DNA of 64,000 nt. It comes from Planctomycetia bacterium TMED53. GTDB taxonomy: Bacteria; Planctomycetota; UBA8108; UBA1146. Position numbers and translations under genes: made by a program. Positions 19,499 to 28,893 of this stretch are shown here, piece after piece; the stretch's first letter is position 1; every line of letters starts with the position of its first letter. The notes under the pieces were generated by a model. It made no database searches. It was not told where the DNA came from and worked only from the letters and a program-made list of their open reading frames with translations. The DNA lies in contig NHDG01000117.1 in the NCBI GenBank assembly GCA_002167285.1, positions 2,188-66,187 of the forward strand. Reading direction: 5' to 3'.

Positions 19499-20778
19499 AA
19501 GTTATGTTTCCACGAATTATCGCTGCGATCGTCCTCATTTCAGTCGGTTGGTTCTCCCATAGTTTGGTTCCCACATCGGAAGCACCGAAGGCTCCTCAAA
19601 GGGGAGGCTGGCCTCGTCCAGGAGGAATGGGCACGAGTGGATACGAAGGACGAAAAGGGAATGAAGAAGTCGTTCCTGTAGAGGTCAGTTCGACTCTGCT
19701 TGCTGTGATTCGTGAAAGAGTTCGAAGCAGCGGGATTCTTGAACCAGAACGAGAAGTAACGGTTCTTTCACGGGTCGAAGGAACAGTGGATGAAGTTGTT
19801 GCAGTCGAGGGCGCGCGTATTCGTGAAGGGCAAAGCCTTTGCGCTATCGATCAGAAAGAATTGCTGATTGCGGCAGAGGTTGCCAATATCGAATTGCAAC
19901 AAGCTAATGCGAATTACAAACGCCTCGAAGATCTGGCAAAAACGGGTGATTCATCTGGAGAGGTTCTCGAAAATGCACGCTTCTCCAAGGAGCGGGCTCA
20001 AGCGGGTCACCAGACCGCCCTCATCAATCTTGGACATTCCCAGCCGAAAGCCCTCTTTGATGGAATCGTCATGCGTCGTCGCATCGAGCCGGGGCAATAC
20101 GTGCGTGTCGGCGACGAATTGTTCACTTATGCGGATTTCGAGCCTTTGCGTGTACGTATGTATCTTCCTGAGGGTGAAGTTCAGGACCTCGAAAAGGGGC
20201 AGCGTTGTGTTTTGCGTTCGGAAAGTGACGGCCCCATCTTGACGGAAGGTACTATCGAGCGCATTAGCCCGGTGATCGACCGTCAAAGCCTGACTGTCGA
20301 AGTCCTCGCCATATTCCCTGAAGCCTCGGTGACACTCAGGCCAGGGTCATTTGTGCACGTCGATGTCATCACCCGAACATTGGAAAATCGAGTTGTGGTA
20401 CCGCGTAAGGCCGTTGCTTCGCGACAAAATCGCAATCTTGTTTACCGACTTCTCGCTGATGAAACGGTTCAAGAAGTCGAAGTGGTCACAGGCTTTGAAA
20501 ACGATTCCATCGTCGTCATCGAAGAAGGGCTTTCCATCGGAGACAAGTTGGTGGTCCAGGGGATCGAAAAGCTAAAAGACCGCAGCAAGGTTAGCGTCTA
20601 TCGCAGCATTCCTGTAGAGGTGGATGAGTTGACGGTAGAACCTTTGCAAACCGAAGCTAAAGCTCCAAACGTAAAGATTCCAGCTGGAGATACTCGAGCC
20701 GCAAAGACTCCAGCCGCAAAGACTCCAGCTGCAGATACTCCCAAAAGAAAAAAAGGTCCTAAGCGGGAAAGACCATAG
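19495..20778 (+). CDS. Efflux RND periplasmic adaptor (MFP/HlyD family)
   Basis: N-terminal TM segment, coiled-coil hairpin, lipoyl and beta-barrel segments (SRVEGTVDEV...; VVPRKAV...). ATG 19495 overlaps the DUF971 stop (ATGA). Confidence 0.85.
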   Translation: MKVMFPRIIAAIVLISVGWFSHSLVPTSEAPKAPQRGGWPRPGGMGTSGYEGRKGNEEVVPVEVSSTLLAVIRERVRSSGILEPEREVTVLSRVEGTVDEVVAVEGARIREGQSLCAIDQKELLIAAEVANIELQQANANYKRLEDLAKTGDSSGEVLENARFSKERAQAGHQTALINLGHSQPKALFDGIVMRRRIEPGQYVRVGDELFTYADFEPLRVRMYLPEGEVQDLEKGQRCVLRSESDGPILTEGTIERISPVIDRQSLTVEVLAIFPEASVTLRPGSFVHVDVITRTLENRVVVPRKAVASRQNRNLVYRLLADETVQEVEVVTGFENDSIVVIEEGLSIGDKLVVQGIEKLKDRSKVSVYRSIPVEVDELTVEPLQTEAKAPNVKIPAGDTRAAKTPAAKTPAADTPKRKKGPKRERP

Positions 20779-20802
20779 GTAGGGAAGTAGCGCAAGAACG
20801 TC

Positions 20803-23800
20803 ATGGAAGCATTTCTCCAAAGTATCATTCGTAAGCCTGTCACCGTAGCGATGGTCACTGTCGCTGCTGTGACCTTCGGTGTGCTTTCACTTCAGAGACT
20901 TCCTGTCGAACTGTTGCCCGATATCAACTATCCCACCTTGACGGTACAGACCGAATTGCCAGATGCCTCACCCCAAGAAGTAGAACAGTTGGTCACCAAC
21001 TCCATCGAGGAAGTGGTAGGAGTGACTCAAGGGTTGTTGCGCTACACCAGCACCTCCCGTGCAGGAGTTTCGGAAGTGGTCCTGGAGTTCAGCTGGGATA
21101 CGGACATGCAGAGGGCCAGCCTCGACGTGCGCGAGAAGCTTGATTTGGTCAATCTTCCTGATGACGCCCGTGCGCCGTTGGTTTTCAGATTCGACCCTTC
21201 CCTCGATCCGATGACTCGTCTTGCATTGACAGGGCCACGCACTATTCCCGATCTGCGAAAGCTGGCTGAGTTAAAGATCAAGAGACGCCTGGAAACGGTG
21301 ACTGGCGTTGCTGCGGCGAGAGTGACAGGCGGCGCGGAGGATGAGGTCCTCGTTGATCTCGATCCTCAAAAGTTGGAGGTCCTTGGCCTCGACGTCACTG
21401 CGGTCAGTCGAAGAATCGCCCAAGAAAACGTCAATCGCTCTGGGGGCGAGATTCGCGATCGTCAAACAGCGTATCGATTGAGAACTGTCAAAGAGTTCAA
21501 GTCCTTGGAGGACATCGAAAACGTTGTCGTACGTCAGGGCCAAACCGGAACAGTGCGAGTCAAGGACATCGGCAATGTCGCCATCGTTCCTCGGGATGAT
21601 GAGATTTTGGTTCGAGTTGATGGACAACCAGCGGTTCAGATCGATCTCTACAAAGAGGGCGATGCGAATGCCGTCAACGTGGCGAAGGCTTTACGAGAGC
21701 GACTGAGTGATCTGAAAGATGATCGCGAGTTGGAGGGGTGCGAACTGTTCGTCCTTTCCGATCAGGCGCGCTTTATTGAAGAATCCATCGATAGCGTTCA
21801 ATCGACCGCGCTGATGGGTGCGTTGCTGGCAGCGGTAGTGCTGTATGTCTTTTTGCGTAACATGCTCAGCACATTGACCATCGCGCTCTCGATTCCCGTC
21901 TCGGTCGCAGTCACTTTCCTGCTGATGGAGCTGACAGGGATTAGTTTGAATGTACTTTCGCTCGGTGGATTGGCACTGGGCATCGGTATGCTCGTGGATA
22001 ACAGCGTGGTCGTTTTGGAATCGATTCAGCGATTACGTGAAGAAGGTGTTGAAGATCGCGAAGCTGTCAGCAAAGGAACCGGTCAGGTTCTCGGCGGTAT
22101 CGTCGCTTCAACCATCACCACGATTGCGGTCTTTTTACCCCTGATTTTCGTTAAGGGAATCGGCGGTGAGATCTTCCGTGATCAGGCATTGACCGTGACC
22201 TACTCTCTCATCGCGAGCCTCTTCGTTGCAGCGACGGTGATCCCTACAGTGGTTTCAAGAGGAATGGGTTTTTCAGGTGGCTTCGTGAGCAAGCTGATCG
22301 CGCTGATCGATCAGTTATTGTCTCCTCTGGCTCGTCTGTTCACCTGGCTTCTCGATTTGGCGCAGAAAGCTTATTCGCAAACATTGGGCTCTTTGTTGAA
22401 GATGCCGTGGGGGGCACCAACTCTCGCATTGGCCTTGTGCATGGTTGTTCTGCCAAAAGCAGATGAATTGGGCACAGAATTGGTCCCCGATCTGTACCAG
22501 GGCCAGTTTTACTTCGATGTTGAGTTAGCTGAGGGCACTCCCCTGGAAGAAACTGATCGCAAGATCGCTGCGATGGAAAAGATCGTCAGTGATCTTAAAA
22601 CTGAGGGTCTTCCGATTGAACTCTACACGTCAACTGTGGGCGAGTCTCCTGTCTTGGGAGAGGTGCAATCTGGAGAACGCAGGGAGCATATCGCTCGCAT
22701 CGGTCTTGGCTTGACTTCTTCCGCTTCAAGAGAAGATGAAGCTCGCTTGATTGAGAAATTGGAAGATCGCTTCCGCCAGATTCCTGATTGTCCATTCACT
22801 TTGGGCAGGCCATCTCTATTCACATTCCGCGATCCCATCGAAGTTGAGGTTTACGACGAGGATCTCGAAGTCCTGCGAGATTCCGCCTTAAACATAGGAG
22901 ATCGGATGTCCCTGGTGGCAGGGCTCACCGACGTAGTGCCACGTGTTCCCGATCAGGTGCCAGAGATCCACGTGAGAATGGATCCTTATCGCCTGTCTGC
23001 GTTCAATCTCAATTTGGGTCAGGTTGCGGATGGATTGCGTGCTCGTGGAATCGGCGAAATCTCAACCCAGTATCGTTATGCTGAAAAACCGATCGATATT
23101 CGTGTGCGCATCGAGGGTGCACTGGACAGGACTCTCGATCAGGCTTCACAAGATGCGGTTGCGCAAACGGAATCTGAGACCGGAGCAATGCTACGAGTCG
23201 CTTCCCTAGGAAGACTTGAAGAGGCATTGGGACCGGTAGAAATCAGGCGTGTTGGGGGGGAGCGATCGGTCTCGGTCACAGCGAGAACCGACGGGGTCGA
23301 TTTGGGAACAGCGACTGCAAATGTTTCCGATGCTCTGACAGGAAGCTTTCTCCCACCGACGACGACCGCCAAGTTGTCGGGGCAAAATCTGGAGATGACA
23401 GAATCGTTACAGAGTCTGGCGATGGCTCTCGCATTAGCGGTATTCGTCGTTTATCTCGTCCTTGCCAGTACTTTTGAATCGCTCAAGTTGCCCTTCATCG
23501 TCATTTTGACCGTTCCTCTGGGGATTTGTGGGGCGATCTTGGCAATGTGGATCACCGGCATTCCCCTTGGCGTATTGTCGATGATCGGAGTGATCCTGTT
23601 GTGCGGGATCGTCGTCAACAATGGCATCATTTACGTCAGTCGTATTCAGCAATTGCAGGCCACAGGATTGGATCCTTCCGCCGCTACTCTCAAGGCGGGA
23701 AGTGAAAGATTGCGGCCCATTCTCATCACGAGCGCGACGACGATCCTGGGGTTGTTACCCTTGGCCCTCGGATTTGGACCGGGAGCTGAATTGCGTAAGC

Positions 23801-23916
23801 CGTTGGCAATCACCGTAGTATGGGGATTGGCCGTGGCCACGATGCTGACCTTGGTCGTCATCCCAAGTGGCTACAGAGCATTAATGGGGGATGGAAACAA
23901 GGTGGAGTCGGCATGA
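20803..23916 (+). CDS. RND efflux permease (AcrB/HAE family), paralog 1
   Basis: 1037-aa protein with 12-TM architecture, N-terminal IRKPVTVAMVTVAAVTFGVLSLQRLPVELLPDINYPTLTVQT, and two large periplasmic loops. Confidence 0.9.
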   Translation: MEAFLQSIIRKPVTVAMVTVAAVTFGVLSLQRLPVELLPDINYPTLTVQTELPDASPQEVEQLVTNSIEEVVGVTQGLLRYTSTSRAGVSEVVLEFSWDTDMQRASLDVREKLDLVNLPDDARAPLVFRFDPSLDPMTRLALTGPRTIPDLRKLAELKIKRRLETVTGVAAARVTGGAEDEVLVDLDPQKLEVLGLDVTAVSRRIAQENVNRSGGEIRDRQTAYRLRTVKEFKSLEDIENVVVRQGQTGTVRVKDIGNVAIVPRDDEILVRVDGQPAVQIDLYKEGDANAVNVAKALRERLSDLKDDRELEGCELFVLSDQARFIEESIDSVQSTALMGALLAAVVLYVFLRNMLSTLTIALSIPVSVAVTFLLMELTGISLNVLSLGGLALGIGMLVDNSVVVLESIQRLREEGVEDREAVSKGTGQVLGGIVASTITTIAVFLPLIFVKGIGGEIFRDQALTVTYSLIASLFVAATVIPTVVSRGMGFSGGFVSKLIALIDQLLSPLARLFTWLLDLAQKAYSQTLGSLLKMPWGAPTLALALCMVVLPKADELGTELVPDLYQGQFYFDVELAEGTPLEETDRKIAAMEKIVSDLKTEGLPIELYTSTVGESPVLGEVQSGERREHIARIGLGLTSSASREDEARLIEKLEDRFRQIPDCPFTLGRPSLFTFRDPIEVEVYDEDLEVLRDSALNIGDRMSLVAGLTDVVPRVPDQVPEIHVRMDPYRLSAFNLNLGQVADGLRARGIGEISTQYRYAEKPIDIRVRIEGALDRTLDQASQDAVAQTESETGAMLRVASLGRLEEALGPVEIRRVGGERSVSVTARTDGVDLGTATANVSDALTGSFLPPTTTAKLSGQNLEMTESLQSLAMALALAVFVVYLVLASTFESLKLPFIVILTVPLGICGAILAMWITGIPLGVLSMIGVILLCGIVVNNGIIYVSRIQQLQATGLDPSAATLKAGSERLRPILITSATTILGLLPLALGFGPGAELRKPLAITVVWGLAVATMLTLVVIPSGYRALMGDGNKVESA

Positions 23917-26900
23917 AGAGTTTTGTTCGCCTCTGTCTTTCGCGTCCGATCACGACACTGACCGTGCATCTTTTGTTGCTTCTTGCAGGGATTTTGTCGA
24001 TTCAGTATTTGCCACTGAGTGCCCTGCCGAACTTCAGTCAGAATCGCATCAATGTCACCGTCCCTTATCCCAATGCTTCGCCGACACAGGTAGAGAACGA
24101 GGTGGTGAGACCTCTCGAGGAAGCTTTGGCAACCCTCCATGGTTTGGAAGGGATCGAGTCGGAGTCGAGTGATGGACGTGGTCGTGTCACTTTAAGATTT
24201 GGTCATGGCTCCGACACCGATGCGATCAAGGTCGAAGTCCGAGAGCGATTGGCGCGCGCGATCAATGATCTCCCTGTCGAGGATATCGAGAGAATTCGTG
24301 TCCGAGATGGGGGTTGGGGCCCAGGGGTCGATACCATCATCGAAGCCCGGATCAGCTCAAAGGGCATCGATCTCTCTGAAAACTACGACCTACTCGTCAA
24401 TCGTATTCAAAGACCTTTGGAACGGATCGATGGCGTTGGCCAGGTAGAATTAGATGGCATCAAGCCTCTCGAAGTTCGAATTCAATTCCGCAAAGGCGAT
24501 CTCGAAAGACACGGGCTGACCCTTGGAGGGATCGCTGCCGTCATCAATGGGTCGAATATCGATGCGACCATCGGCAGGATTTGGAAAGAGGGCAAAACCC
24601 GTCGCCTGCGCATGATCAATGCGATCGACGACTACGATGACCTTTTCGATTTGCCGATCAATGATCGGGGATTGCGCCTCGGCCAAGTGGCAACCATCGA
24701 GCGTATCGAAGGAGAAATGCGCTGGGGGCGTCACCTCAATCACTCTCGGGCGATCTCCTTGGAGATTGCCCAGCAATCTGGAGCGAACACCGTGAATACG
24801 TGTCGCCGGGTTCGAGAAGTGGTCAAGACGATCCAGGAAGATCCACAGTTGGCCGGGATCACGCTATTGGTTTGGCAAGATCAAGGAAAGATGATCGAAA
24901 ACTCCATCCGGCAACTGCGGGATGCTGGATTCATCGGTGGAGGATTGGCGCTGGTCGTGCTCTTGATCTTCCTCCGAAGATTTTCGGCGACCTTCCTTGT
25001 CGGTATGGCGATCCCCATCTCTGTGCTCTCGGCGATGGCTGCCCTTTACCTCTTTGAAATGGAACTCAACACCATCACGATCCTGGCGCTGATGCTGGGA
25101 GTGGGAATGCTGGTCGATACTGCGGTCGTCGTTGTCGAATCCATCGTTCGTCGTGCCACTATGGGTGAAGCTCCTACCGAGGCGGCGACACGGGGAACGA
25201 TGGAAGTGGCGACGCCGGTATTCGCCGCAACATTGACGACGATGGTGGTGTTCCTACCAGTGATGATCGCTGGAGACAGTCAATTTTCCGAGCACCTCGG
25301 TAATGTGGGACTCGTGATCTCATTGACTATCGGCGCCAGTCTCTTTGTTTCTCTGACTTTGGTTCCGATGGTTTCCGCACGTATCTTTGGCAGTAAAGCT
25401 GTGAAAAAAGCGGCTTGGTTTGAATCTTTCAAAGGTTTGTACCTGCGCTTCCTCGGCGGCGCTGTTCGGCACAGGTTCCTGACTATCGCTATCGCTCTGG
25501 CAGCAACCCTGAGTGTGATCATTCCATTCCAGAATGGTTTCCGTCTCAATATGTCGGACATGGATTGGAAGGCGAGCTTTGCAAACATCGCCTACAACCC
25601 TGTCGAAGGTCTCGACTATCGGGAGATGGAGAAAGTGGTCACCCAAGTTGAGCTGCTTTTAGAGAGTCGTCGGGATGTGATCGGTGAAGGAGATATCTAT
25701 TCATGGTTCGCTGACGGAACTGCACTGACAAGGATTTATCCGCCACAAGAGATGGCAACGGAGGAGTACCTTGCTGATCTCAAAGCGCGTATCTCGCCAA
25801 TTTTGCCGAAGATTCCAGGTTTTAACATCAAGACCAGTGACGGTTGGGGTTGGGGTGGACGCGGCGGCGGACGCTCAAGTGCAGGTTCGATCAATGTGCG
25901 CTTAAAAGGGGTCTCAGGATCGCTTCTCGATGAACTTGCTCCACAAGTTGCGGCGTATCTCGCCAATGTGGAGGGGGTTGCTGACAGCGAGATTCGCGGC
26001 AGGAATCAAGTCGATGAGCTTCGTCTCGAGCCGGATGAGGATCTCTTGAGTCGGCTGCAAGTTTCTGGTGATCAAGTTGCGCGCAGCGTCAGTATGTCAT
26101 TTGCCGGGAGTCGGCTCTCCAGTTTGCGGACTCGATCGAGCGATATGGAGATCAGTCTCGGGCTTCTTGAAGAGGAGACCGATACTGTTGCCGAGCTCAA
26201 AGGAATGCGGTTCCCGGTGACCGCTGATCTGGAACTCCCGGTAGAAGATCTCGGTGATCTCGTTCAGGCAGAGGCTCCCGACGAACGAAAGAGGTGGGAT
26301 CGCCTCGCTTACGCCAATGTCTCGGTGGAGATGGGGCGTGGTGATCAGCAACAGATTCAAGCTCGGATCGAACAAGCGCTCGAATCTTATACCTGGCCAG
26401 TGGGTTATACCTGGGATCTGGGTGAGCAATGGTCGGGGCGCTGGCGTAATCGAGAATCTTTCGGCGAGGGGATGTACCTCTCTGTCTTCCTCGTTTACAT
26501 GGTTCTCGCTTGTCTCTTCGAATCTCTGAGAACACCTCTGGTGTTGATGGTCTCTGTGTTCCTCGCCATCCCTGGTGTGATTTGGACTCTTTATCTACAG
26601 GGCGACAATCTCGATACACCGGCGGCGGTAGGGACGATCCTTTTGAGTGGTATCGTCGTCAATAATGGGATCGTTCTCATCGATCAGATATTGCGCAGGA
26701 TGGCAGAGGGACAATCGCGTATCGATGCCATCATCGATGGTGCGGGGGATCGTTTGCGCCCGATTCTGATCACGGCATTGACGACGATTCTCGGACTGAT
26801 TCCTATGGCCTACACGACCCAAATCACGACAGGCCCTTCCTTCACGACCCTCGGAAAAACAATTATCGGGGGTTTGGGGGCGTCGACACTGCTGACTCTG

Positions 26901-26996
26901 ATCGTGCTTCCAGTGGTGCTTTCATTGACCCTGAAGCCCTCGCGAGAGGTCGTGGAAGTAGCTCCCCACGAGGGCGAATCATCCAGCGAAGTGTAG
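23913..26996 (+). CDS. RND efflux permease, paralog 2
   Basis: MKSFVRLCLSRPITTLTVHLL...LPLSALPNFSQNRINVTVPYP, 12-TM architecture. ATG 23913 overlaps the stop of paralog 1 (ATGA). Confidence 0.9.
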   Translation: MKSFVRLCLSRPITTLTVHLLLLLAGILSIQYLPLSALPNFSQNRINVTVPYPNASPTQVENEVVRPLEEALATLHGLEGIESESSDGRGRVTLRFGHGSDTDAIKVEVRERLARAINDLPVEDIERIRVRDGGWGPGVDTIIEARISSKGIDLSENYDLLVNRIQRPLERIDGVGQVELDGIKPLEVRIQFRKGDLERHGLTLGGIAAVINGSNIDATIGRIWKEGKTRRLRMINAIDDYDDLFDLPINDRGLRLGQVATIERIEGEMRWGRHLNHSRAISLEIAQQSGANTVNTCRRVREVVKTIQEDPQLAGITLLVWQDQGKMIENSIRQLRDAGFIGGGLALVVLLIFLRRFSATFLVGMAIPISVLSAMAALYLFEMELNTITILALMLGVGMLVDTAVVVVESIVRRATMGEAPTEAATRGTMEVATPVFAATLTTMVVFLPVMIAGDSQFSEHLGNVGLVISLTIGASLFVSLTLVPMVSARIFGSKAVKKAAWFESFKGLYLRFLGGAVRHRFLTIAIALAATLSVIIPFQNGFRLNMSDMDWKASFANIAYNPVEGLDYREMEKVVTQVELLLESRRDVIGEGDIYSWFADGTALTRIYPPQEMATEEYLADLKARISPILPKIPGFNIKTSDGWGWGGRGGGRSSAGSINVRLKGVSGSLLDELAPQVAAYLANVEGVADSEIRGRNQVDELRLEPDEDLLSRLQVSGDQVARSVSMSFAGSRLSSLRTRSSDMEISLGLLEEETDTVAELKGMRFPVTADLELPVEDLGDLVQAEAPDERKRWDRLAYANVSVEMGRGDQQQIQARIEQALESYTWPVGYTWDLGEQWSGRWRNRESFGEGMYLSVFLVYMVLACLFESLRTPLVLMVSVFLAIPGVIWTLYLQGDNLDTPAAVGTILLSGIVVNNGIVLIDQILRRMAEGQSRIDAIIDGAGDRLRPILITALTTILGLIPMAYTTQITTGPSFTTLGKTIIGGLGASTLLTLIVLPVVLSLTLKPSREVVEVAPHEGESSSEV

Positions 26997-27141
26997 TGAT
27001 TTACAACACTTGTTGCCTCACATCGGGGTGCTGCCCACCCGGTTTCCTTCTTATTCTCGGGCCTTGTTTCGTAACCTCTTTTATTGAAGGGTGTTATGAT
27101 AATTGGGCTGGGTAAAAGTTCCCTGGAGGGATACTGGAGAT

Positions 27142-27157
27142 TGGCATGAGATCTGCC
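27142..27157 (+). promoter_or_regulatory. Candidate sigma54 (-24/-12) promoter upstream of the gspK-like operon
   Basis: TGGCAT-GAGAT-CTGCC, with GG at 27143-27144 and GC at 27155-27156, i.e. the canonical spacing of TGGCAC-N5-TTGCW. It lies about 80 nt upstream of ATG 27237. Confidence 0.55.
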
Positions 27158-27236
27158 GAAGATGTAGGTGCGGGATCGATGCTGCCGAGAGGGCATGGCG
27201 GTCCCCGCTGAACCGTCTGACAGGGATGTGAGTGCG

Positions 27237-28874
27237 ATGAGAAGCACGCAGGAAAACATCACGAATCGGAGGCATGTCCACGGATCCGCAAAGGATTCCG
27301 GGATGGCCCTCTTCATCGTATTGGTGTTGGTTCTCGTCCTCACCGTTGTCATCACTCAGATGGTCTTCGTGACTCAGGTGGAAAAACGAATTTCTCAGAA
27401 TCGTCAGGGTTTCACTCATTTGAACTATGCTTTGCAAGCCAGTTCACGCCTTGTCATGCAAAAGATCTCTGAAGATTTGATGGAAGACCTGGGATTGCTC
27501 GAGGCACTCGAAGCAGACGCTGAATCTGGATTTGGATCGCTTCCCGGAGGTGGCAACGGTGATGCCGGACCTAACACGGGCCAAGGGAGCCCCGGTGAAG
27601 ATGATGATCGCGATGGCGAGAACGGCCCTTCCGAATCTTCCGATGATCCCGTCGACACACGTCATGATGCTTGGGCATACCCCATTCAGGACACGATCAA
27701 TGAAGTTCAGGTTTCCGGAGAAATCATCGACGGCGAATCCTGTATCGACCTGAATCACATCTTTGAGTTGGTTCTCTTCGAAGAAGATGAAGAAGACCCA
27801 GCGGATGGAGATGGCGAGGAGGGCGGTGACGGTGGAGAAGGTGATCTTCCTGATTTAGGAGATCTTGGGGTTCCGACGACGAGCGGCAATGGACTCGCTT
27901 CTTCGGCGAATTTCGGTACCGCCTCTACTGGTAGTGATTTTGAAGAGGAATACGTTCTGCCGGAGCAGCAGCAAGTGGACGACGCCGAGATCATGCTGAC
28001 CAGATTGATCGAAGCAGTGATCGATTATAACCAAGAGAACGGCTTCTCATACGATCAGACACCTGATGCCACCGACGCTGCAGGCGCCATCGTTGGCTAC
28101 GTCTTTCAGCGGGTGTCCGATGAAAAGACACGTCGGATCCGCAGTCTTGATTCATTGTTGCAATTGGAAGAGGTCAGTCTCGAATTGTTTGATGGCCCGG
28201 TCGATCCGGCCGAAGCGGAGAGATTGGCTGAAGAAGCAGAGGCCGCAGGAGATTCAGGAGATTTTCCGGGTGGCCTCGGAGGGCTTGCAGGCGGAATGGG
28301 CTTGCAAGATCTTCCTGGAATCGGCTCCCTCGAGTTCCTCGAGCAGAGCGGATTTTCCCTGATGGATGACATGGTGGAAGGGCCGATTCAGCCCATCGGA
28401 TTGCGTCACGTCATGACCGCAAACTCCTCAGGGAAAATCAATCTCAACACTGCAAGGCCAGAAGTTCTCATGGCATTGATCCCATCCATCGAAGACTTTG
28501 ATGAAGCGAAGGAGATCGCTTGGCAAATTTTCGATAGGGGAAACACCTTCAGGGAGCTCTCAGAGGAAGAAGAAGCTCTGGCTGCAGAACAGGCACTGGA
28601 GGACGGAGAAGAGCCCCCTCAAGAGTTTGAGCATTTCACCAGTCTTAATCAGTTGTCCCAGATCAATGAAGACTGGACCGTCTCGGAAATTGGCGAGGAT
28701 TCTATCGCCGATCTTCTTAAAGAGGATTTGAAGTCGAATGTGGTTTTTGCCAGCCAATATTTCACAGCAAACCTCGAAGGGACCAAGAATAATCAGACTC
28801 TGGCGGGTAAACTGGTATGTGCAAGGAGAGATCGTCACATCGTGGTGCTCTCGTGGCGAGAGATGAAACGATGA
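27237..28874 (+). CDS. GspK-like minor pseudopilin with a long acidic insertion
   Basis: N-terminal SGMALFIVLVLVLVLTVVITQM hydrophobic segment and a C-terminal GKINLNTARPEVLMALIPS helix-hairpin-helix-like motif typical of GspK. The middle is Asp/Glu/Gly-rich (EEDEEDPADGDGEEGGDGGEGD). The start is uncertain (27168, 27195 or 27237). Confidence 0.55.
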   Translation: MRSTQENITNRRHVHGSAKDSGMALFIVLVLVLVLTVVITQMVFVTQVEKRISQNRQGFTHLNYALQASSRLVMQKISEDLMEDLGLLEALEADAESGFGSLPGGGNGDAGPNTGQGSPGEDDDRDGENGPSESSDDPVDTRHDAWAYPIQDTINEVQVSGEIIDGESCIDLNHIFELVLFEEDEEDPADGDGEEGGDGGEGDLPDLGDLGVPTTSGNGLASSANFGTASTGSDFEEEYVLPEQQQVDDAEIMLTRLIEAVIDYNQENGFSYDQTPDATDAAGAIVGYVFQRVSDEKTRRIRSLDSLLQLEEVSLELFDGPVDPAEAERLAEEAEAAGDSGDFPGGLGGLAGGMGLQDLPGIGSLEFLEQSGFSLMDDMVEGPIQPIGLRHVMTANSSGKINLNTARPEVLMALIPSIEDFDEAKEIAWQIFDRGNTFRELSEEEEALAAEQALEDGEEPPQEFEHFTSLNQLSQINEDWTVSEIGEDSIADLLKEDLKSNVVFASQYFTANLEGTKNNQTLAGKLVCARRDRHIVVLSWREMKR

Positions 28875-28893
28875 TGCGTCAAAGGATGAATCG

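Noticed and set aside
20698-20742. 15-nt tandem repeat (gccgcaaagactcca x2 plus a degenerate third copy).
   Set aside because: It is in frame within the MFP C-terminal tail (AAKTP AAKTP AADTP). This is a coding low-complexity repeat, not a regulatory or CRISPR-like element.
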